Both the position numbers and the translations under genes were made by a program. Below are positions 58,167 through 64,000 of a DNA stretch of 64,000 bases, piece after piece. Within the stretch, counting starts at the first letter, position 1. Each line of letters begins with the position of its first letter. Origin of the DNA: Fidelibacterota bacterium (GTDB lineage Bacteria > Fidelibacterota > UBA8477); assembly GCA_021734065.1 (NCBI GenBank), contig JAIPJQ010000002.1:2136-66135 (forward strand), read 5' to 3'. Below the pieces are notes generated by a model. It did no database searches, was not told where the DNA came from, and was given only the letters and a program-made list of their open reading frames with translations.

Positions 58167-59541
58167 ATTGCACCTACACTTTACCGGTATTGGTGGCGCC
58201 GGCATGAGCAGTATGGCCTGGGTGCTGCATCAGATGGGCTATACCGTTTCCGGTTCGGATTTACGGGAAACCGACACTACCCGCTGGCTGGCTGCTCAGG
58301 GACTTGAAATTTTCGTGGGACAGACCGAAGAAAATATCACCCATGCTGACCTGGTGATCTATTCCAGCGCAGTTTCCCAATCCAATCCTGAACGCCAGGC
58401 AGCGCAGGCAGCCGGAATTCCGCAAATCCGTCGCGCTGAAATTCTGGGCGATATGCAGCGACTCTTCAAAACCAGTATCGGTGTAGCCGGAACCCATGGA
58501 AAAACCACAACCACCACCATGATCGCCCGGGCACTGCAGGCCGCCGGCGTGGATCCCTCCTGGGTTATTGGCGGGATCATGAGTGCGCAGGAAACAACCG
58601 GACACCTGGGAAATTCCGAATATTTCGTGGCGGAAGCGGATGAATATGACCGCTCCTTCCACACACTGAATCCCACCATTGCCGTAATCAATAACATTGA
58701 AGCGGATCATCTGGACATTTACCAGAGCTACGAAAAGCTGGTGGAAGGCTTTCTCACTTACTGTGATAAGGTCGCCTTTTACGGTTTTATCGCTGTGGGG
58801 ATTGATGATCCGGAGCTGAATCAACTCCTTCCCAAAATCAACCGTCGTGTGGTCACTTTCGGACTGGCGGAAGCGGCTGAATACCGGGCGGTAAATATCA
58901 AATCCGGCGGTATACGGACCAGTTTTGATCTGCTGCAGCGCGGAAGCCACCTCACAACCGTCACGCTGCAGGTTCCCGGGGAGCATAACATCAAAAATGC
59001 CCTGGCTGCTCTGACCGTGGTGGTTGAATTGGGATTACCCCTTACTGAAGCAGTGAAGGGTCTGGAAGCATATCGGGGTATTCGTCGGCGCTTTGAGCTC
59101 AAGGGTGAAATCAAGAATATCATCTTTATTGATGATTATGCCCACCATCCCGGTGAGATACGGGCGACTCTGGAAGCAGCCCGGGCGGCCTGGCCGGAAC
59201 GCAGACTGGTGGCCTTTTTTCAGCCCCATTTGTTTTCAAGAACCGAAACCCTGGCCATTGAATTCGGCAAAGCATTGACACTGGCGGATGTGGCGGTCAT
59301 CTGTGAAATCTATCCGGCACGTGAGGACCCCATACCCGGGGTTACCAGTCAGTTGGTGGCCGATGCGTGTCACATGGCCGGCGTGCCGGTGGTGCATTAC
59401 TTCACCGACACGAGAACCATCCCAAAATTTATCCACAGTCAACTGCGTCCCGGTGATGTGGTAGTGACCATGGGGGCCGGGGACATTGATCAGGTGAATG
59501 ACGCCATGCGCGCAGCCTGGGAGCAGCCGGAGCATGATTAA
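58144..59541 (+). CDS. murC: UDP-MurNAc--L-alanine ligase
   Basis: GIGGAGMS, GTHGKTTT, EADE.D, DHLD, DDYAHHP, FQPH and MGAG. Start reassigned to ATG 58144. Confidence 0.97.
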   Translation: MYRPNENKLHLHFTGIGGAGMSSMAWVLHQMGYTVSGSDLRETDTTRWLAAQGLEIFVGQTEENITHADLVIYSSAVSQSNPERQAAQAAGIPQIRRAEILGDMQRLFKTSIGVAGTHGKTTTTTMIARALQAAGVDPSWVIGGIMSAQETTGHLGNSEYFVAEADEYDRSFHTLNPTIAVINNIEADHLDIYQSYEKLVEGFLTYCDKVAFYGFIAVGIDDPELNQLLPKINRRVVTFGLAEAAEYRAVNIKSGGIRTSFDLLQRGSHLTTVTLQVPGEHNIKNALAALTVVVELGLPLTEAVKGLEAYRGIRRRFELKGEIKNIIFIDDYAHHPGEIRATLEAARAAWPERRLVAFFQPHLFSRTETLAIEFGKALTLADVAVICEIYPAREDPIPGVTSQLVADACHMAGVPVVHYFTDTRTIPKFIHSQLRPGDVVVTMGAGDIDQVNDAMRAAWEQPEHD

Positions 59542-60301
59542 TAAGAATTTCAACACAGAGAATTTTCGCGGAATTCTATGGTCTTTCATCGCTGTTGCCG
59601 GTTTTGGTTTGCTGGGATTACTCAGCAGTCTGTATGGTGAACATGTGAATGCGGATGTGGTGCGACGGGTCACCATTTACGGGAACCGGATACTCAGTAC
59701 CGAGCGACTGGAGTCCATGCTGCAACCCTATATGTGGCAGCGACTGGAGGCCATTGACGCCGATTCGGTACAGCATCAATTTCTACAGCATCCCCTGGTG
59801 AAAGCTGTGAAAGTAAACCGCATTTTCCCGGATGAGCTTCAGGTGCATATTCGTGAAGTTCATCCCATCGCCTACCTCCAGAGTTCACGGTATTTAAGCA
59901 TTGATATGGACAACAAGGTTCTGCCGTTACCCGATTACGGGATGATCTATACCATGCCCATTATCACCAATATCGGGAATGTTGCAGAGATTGAATCCGA
60001 TGCGATTCTCCAGGATAATTACATCAACCAACTGGTGGACTTCCTGAAACAGCTTCGCAAAGCGTACCCACACATTTATTACGACATTTCAGAAATCAGC
60101 TACTCAGATAAGGAAGGATTAAAAGTTATCACCAGTACAAACAGTACCCCGGTCTACCTGGGAACATACGACCAACTCCCCCTCCGCGTCGCAACGCTGG
60201 ACGCGTTTATCAGACAATTGGATCAGGGGCTGGTTCTCCCGGCGTATCGTTATATGGACCTACGATTTGCAAACCAAGTGGTGGTAAAGGAACGCAATTA
60301 A
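59534..60301 (+). CDS. ftsQ: Cell division protein FtsQ/DivIB
   Basis: TM segment, POTRA domain (I.GN...HPLVK.V.V.R.FPD.L...I.E..P) and C-terminal YMDLRF. Start reassigned to ATG 59534. Confidence 0.88.
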   Translation: MINKNFNTENFRGILWSFIAVAGFGLLGLLSSLYGEHVNADVVRRVTIYGNRILSTERLESMLQPYMWQRLEAIDADSVQHQFLQHPLVKAVKVNRIFPDELQVHIREVHPIAYLQSSRYLSIDMDNKVLPLPDYGMIYTMPIITNIGNVAEIESDAILQDNYINQLVDFLKQLRKAYPHIYYDISEISYSDKEGLKVITSTNSTPVYLGTYDQLPLRVATLDAFIRQLDQGLVLPAYRYMDLRFANQVVVKERN

Positions 60302-61554
60302 TGGCACAGTATCAATCAATCGTCATGGGGGTAGATGTAGGAAGCAGCGAAATCTGCACGTTGGTAGCCGGTTCACATCCGGAAACCGAACAAATTGTGT
60401 TGTTGGGAATGGGCGTGACACCCAGCACCGGCTTACGGCGTGGCATGGTGGTGGACATTGACAGTATGAGTCGCGCCATTGGTGACTCCATTGAACTGGC
60501 AGTGAAGGAAGCCGGTGTGCATCCTGACCAGGCGTATGTGAGTATCGCAGGTGAGCACATCGTGAGCCTGAATTCCACTGGTGTCATCGGTATTTCCAAA
60601 CGTGGCAACGCACCGGCAACGATTGCAGAAATCACGGAAGATCATGTAGCGCAGGTACTGGAAGCTGCCAAAGCCATGAAGCTCCCGGAAGGTCGGGAAA
60701 TTATACACACCATCCCCCAGCAGTTTGCTGTAGACGAAGAGCACGGAATTCTGAACCCGGTGGGAATGACCGGCCGCCGTTTGGAGTCCCAGACGCACCT
60801 CATTACCGGTTCACAATCCGCCACGCGGAATCTGGTGCACGCTTTTACCTGGTCGGGTACGAAAGTCCGCCAATTCGTCTTCAGTGCGCTGGCGGCTTCC
60901 CGGTCAACCCTGAGTAAGGACGAGCAAAATATCGGTGTGGGACTGCTGGATATTGGGCGGGACGCCACCACCTGTGTTGTCTTTAATGAATTTGATGTTC
61001 AGTACTCCGATGTACTGTCCATCGCCTCCGGCGCAATCAGCAGTGACATTTCCCAGCTATTACGCATTACAGCCAGTCAGGCTGATGAATTGAAAATTAA
61101 GTACGGCTCCTGCTGGGTGGAGGATACCGCCCGGGACAAGCTGTTTGAAGTAAAGGGTGTGGGTGGCCGGCCCGATGAGAATGTGAGTGAAACTGAATTG
61201 GCTGAATATATCGAAGCCCGTATGGATGAGATCCTGCACCTGGAACGGGATCGCATGTTCCGGGCGGGCGTGTTGAAATATTTACACTCAGGTATCGTCA
61301 TTACCGGTGGCGGTGCGCGACTGCGTGGTCTTATTCCTTTGGCTGAGAAGATCTTCCAGGTTCCGGTTCGTATTGGTACGCCCAGGGACATTTCAGACCC
61401 CAATAATCCCGCGCGTTTACAGGACAGTGCCTACTGCACCGCCGCCGGTCTGGTTTTATACGCCATGGAAGACGCAGGCGGTGGCCGGTGGAACCGCAAG
61501 CAGGTGGGCAAATTCCTGGGACGGATAAAAGATTTTTTGAAGGACAACTTTTGA
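60301..61554 (+). CDS. ftsA: Cell division protein FtsA
   Basis: GVDVGSS, GLRRG.VVDI, NPVGM.G.RL, A.ELK..YG, ITGGGA, VRIG.P and a C-terminal amphipathic helix. Confidence 0.95.
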   Translation: MAQYQSIVMGVDVGSSEICTLVAGSHPETEQIVLLGMGVTPSTGLRRGMVVDIDSMSRAIGDSIELAVKEAGVHPDQAYVSIAGEHIVSLNSTGVIGISKRGNAPATIAEITEDHVAQVLEAAKAMKLPEGREIIHTIPQQFAVDEEHGILNPVGMTGRRLESQTHLITGSQSATRNLVHAFTWSGTKVRQFVFSALAASRSTLSKDEQNIGVGLLDIGRDATTCVVFNEFDVQYSDVLSIASGAISSDISQLLRITASQADELKIKYGSCWVEDTARDKLFEVKGVGGRPDENVSETELAEYIEARMDEILHLERDRMFRAGVLKYLHSGIVITGGGARLRGLIPLAEKIFQVPVRIGTPRDISDPNNPARLQDSAYCTAAGLVLYAMEDAGGGRWNRKQVGKFLGRIKDFLKDNF

Positions 61555-61581
61555 AAAAAGTAAGAATACAAGGAGGTTCAC

Positions 61582-62820
61582 ATGTTGTTCGAATTTGATG
61601 ATCTCGCCAGACAAAAAGCGAAGATGCGTGTTGTTGGTATCGGTGGAGCCGGTGGCAATGCGATTAACCGAATGATCAACGCCCAATTATCCGGCGTGGA
61701 ATTCATCGCCGTGAATACCGATGCTCAGGCATTGGATAATAATCTGGCAGATGTCAAACTCCAGATCGGTAAACAGCTCACCAAAGGATTGGGAGCCGGT
61801 GCGAATCTGGAAATCGGCCGCGATGCAGCTGAAGAGGATCAACAGGCCGTTTCAGCAGTACTGGACGGTGCTGATATGATTTTCATCACCGCCGGAATGG
61901 GTGGCGGAACCGGCACCGGTGCTGCCCCGGTCATTGCGAAAATTGCCAAGGAGCAGGGTGCACTGACGGTTGGTATCGTCACCACGCCGTTCCGATTTGA
62001 AGGTCCGCTGCGCACCAAGCGTGCGTTGGAGGGGATTCAGTATCTGAAAGACCATGTGGACACACTCATCGTGATCCCCAATCAGCGTCTTTTGGAAGTG
62101 GTGGAACGCGGTACCAGCATTACGGAAGCCTTTCTCGTGGCTGACAGCGTCCTGCATCAGGCGACCAAGGGCATTTCTGACCTGATCAACATCCATGGTC
62201 TCATCAATCTGGATTTTGCAGATGTAAAGACCATCATGTCCGGTATGGGTGATGCCATCATGGGTACCGGTCAGGCGACCGGCGAAGAGCGTGCGGTTCT
62301 GGCTGCGCAATCAGCCATTTCTTCCCCATTGCTGAATAACACCGATATCAATGGTGCCCGGGGCTTGTTGGTGAATGTCACTGGCGGTCCGGATCTTTCG
62401 CTGATGGAAGTGGACGAGGCCATGAATATCATCTACGATGAAGTTGGTGAAGAAGCCAATATCATCTTCGGTGCGGTGATTGATGAGGAGATGGAAGGGC
62501 AGATCAGCGTTACGATTATCGCCACAGGTTTTAACCAGGAATCGGTGCGTAAGGTGGAAGAAAAGCGGGACGAGCCCAAGATTGAGCGGCGCCCGGATTT
62601 CTCCTACAACGATCAGCCGGCTATCGCGACCGAAACACCGGTAAATGGCGATGCAGCCCAGGCTTCCATGGATAAACAGAAGGAAAATTACCTGGATGTA
62701 CCGGCCTATAAACGCCGGATTGAGCGACAGGAATCGGGCAGTGAGAGCAAATCGGTGACGCATCACTTCGGTGATGACTTTGTGATTCCCGAATTCTCGA
62801 AACGGCCTTCATTCCGGTAA
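61582..62820 (+). CDS. ftsZ: Cell division protein FtsZ
   Basis: [23 protein letters not shown] and IATGF. AAGGAGG RBS. Confidence 0.99.
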   Translation: MLFEFDDLARQKAKMRVVGIGGAGGNAINRMINAQLSGVEFIAVNTDAQALDNNLADVKLQIGKQLTKGLGAGANLEIGRDAAEEDQQAVSAVLDGADMIFITAGMGGGTGTGAAPVIAKIAKEQGALTVGIVTTPFRFEGPLRTKRALEGIQYLKDHVDTLIVIPNQRLLEVVERGTSITEAFLVADSVLHQATKGISDLINIHGLINLDFADVKTIMSGMGDAIMGTGQATGEERAVLAAQSAISSPLLNNTDINGARGLLVNVTGGPDLSLMEVDEAMNIIYDEVGEEANIIFGAVIDEEMEGQISVTIIATGFNQESVRKVEEKRDEPKIERRPDFSYNDQPAIATETPVNGDAAQASMDKQKENYLDVPAYKRRIERQESGSESKSVTHHFGDDFVIPEFSKRPSFR

Positions 62821-62903
62821 AACCGGGTCACACTTTCGTGGTCCGTGAGGCACAACATGGAACCTCACCGTGTTGCAGTGAAATCACACGGTTTGTATAT
62901 CCA

Positions 62904-62945
62904 CCTCCGGGGGTCGATCTGACCCCTGGGGGCTTACTTCTCTTC
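62904..62945 (+). terminator. GC-rich hairpin, probable terminator of the dcw operon
   Basis: CCTCCGGGGGTC-GATCT-GACCCCTGGGGG (12 bp including two G-U pairs on the plus strand) followed by a pyrimidine-rich tail. Confidence 0.6.
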
Positions 62946-63186
62946 ATCTACTGATTTCTGTTTTTGTGGAATGGGATTGGTTTCAATATAAGTATATTTT
63001 CGATGGAATATAATTAATTAAAGCACTCCGTGCCTACCGGGCTTCTTTACTACCATATATTATATTTTTTATAGATTCTTTTATATTTATTTCAACCTTA
63101 TAATTACGTATGAAAACTATATGCTATTTGCGTGAGCCCCTGATATATTATACCACTTGGAGATAATAGAACTTGGGGAATTTATT

Positions 63187-64000
63187 GTGAATGACCAGCC
63201 AATCTTGATTAAATCGATTGACCAGATTAAGAAGAATTCAGGTCTCTACCAATATGCCGAAGATAAAGTTAAGCAGACAATAATTCTACAGATACTTCAA
63301 AACTGTGGTTGGGATATTTTTTCAGCTAATGAGGTACAGCCAGAATATCCAGTAAATGCTGGAAAAGATGGCCGGGTTGATTACTGCTTGATGATAAATA
63401 ATTACCCAAAATATTTCATTGAAGCTAAAAGGGCTTCTGAGGATCTCTCAAATCACGAAGAACAGCTAATCAAGTACTGTATAGCTTATGGGGTAAGTCT
63501 AGCCATCTTAACAAACGGCCATACATGGTGGTTTTATCTTCCTCTAACGGAAGGCAAGTGGGAGGAAAAGAAATTTTATTCTATTGACCTTGGAGAACAG
63601 ACTAGCATAGATATTGCCGATCGGTTTGTTCAATTTTTACAAAAAGATAACGTCTCAAATGAGGAAGCTCTTACTGCTGCGAAAGAGCTATATAACAGCA
63701 GAAAAAAGAATAAAATTATTCGACAAACACTACCAGATGCTTTGAACCGTATTATATCTGAACCGGATGAGTTTTTCGTTGAATTATTAAGTGAAACGGT
63801 TGAAAAAATTTGTGGATATAAACCAAATGACAGGGTGATACTTGATTTCATCAAAGAGTCAAATTTTCTGCAACCTAAAAATGAAATTCAAAGGGTAAGA
63901 GAGCGTCATAGCCCCGATCGCATTAATCCTATAAAAACCAGGGAGATCCATCCTCAGCAACAAAAAAAATCTCTAATATGGCAGATTGAAAATGTCCAAC
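63187..64000 (+). CDS. HsdR N-terminal-like PD-(D/E)xK restriction endonuclease domain protein (partial; runs off the window)
   Basis: Not in the ORF track. Manual translation from GTG 63187 (GGGGA RBS) gives ...GWDIF...EVQPEY...GRVDY...FIEAK...EQLIKY...ILTNG.TWWFY, open to the end. Markedly AT-rich. Confidence 0.8.
   Translation, partial: MNDQPILIKSIDQIKKNSGLYQYAEDKVKQTIILQILQNCGWDIFSANEVQPEYPVNAGKDGRVDYCLMINNYPKYFIEAKRASEDLSNHEEQLIKYCIAYGVSLAILTNGHTWWFYLPLTEGKWEEKKFYSIDLGEQTSIDIADRFVQFLQKDNVSNEEALTAAKELYNSRKKNKIIRQTLPDALNRIISEPDEFFVELLSETVEKICGYKPNDRVILDFIKESNFLQPKNEIQRVRERHSPDRINPIKTREIHPQQQKKSLIWQIENVQ

Noticed and set aside
365-63854. Many short antisense or overlapping ORFs in the track (e.g. 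8015-8593, 11693-12322, 15779-16573, 58261-58986, 63630-63854)
   Set aside because: They are shadow frames of well-supported genes, with no recognisable motifs.
1-64000. CRISPR arrays, IS elements, integrases, prophage genes, tRNA and rRNA genes
   Set aside because: None was recognised by eye. Short or degenerate elements could have been missed without computational scans.

Overview
A 64 kb window of mostly core chromosome from a Gram-negative bacterium of roughly 50% GC (by eye). The lineage is probably FCB-superphylum but not Bacteroidota, resembling Marinimicrobia/Calditrichota; this is inferred only from gene content (a PorU-like sortase with FlgD-type CTD, a DUF5916-type barrel and strong Shine-Dalgarno use). 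Positions 1-41 kb are almost all minus strand and carry, in coordinate order: a ROK-like kinase (partial), a GT2, alr, a candidate structured ncRNA, hup, an ABC-2 exporter, an opp/dpp peptide ABC operon, cdsA, a TPR lipoprotein, cobB, the run recX-recA-thpR-cinA-pgpA-pgsA-recR-ybaB-dnaX-ffs, tkt, an M18 aminopeptidase, dprA, obgE, an rlmI-like methyltransferase, iaaA (plus strand) and a DUF5916-type outer membrane protein. Positions 41-63 kb are plus strand: porU, maf, a rodZ-like gene and the dcw cluster from mraZ to ftsZ. An AT-rich segment with an HsdR_N-type nuclease begins at about 62.95 kb. The best candidate for an undescribed system is a tightly coupled 7-gene cassette sitting between oppC and oppD with no B12 mutase nearby. 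It encodes an orphan GlmL/MutL-like ASKHA ATPase, a BSH/swivel/KOW-like partner, a small conserved protein and four membrane proteins including a DUF6754-like one. Other highlights are an A9 slippage site in dnaX, an extended SRP RNA, a roughly 100-nt structured RNA between hup and alr, and 10-bp-phased MraZ boxes. All family assignments come from motif recognition, not database searches.
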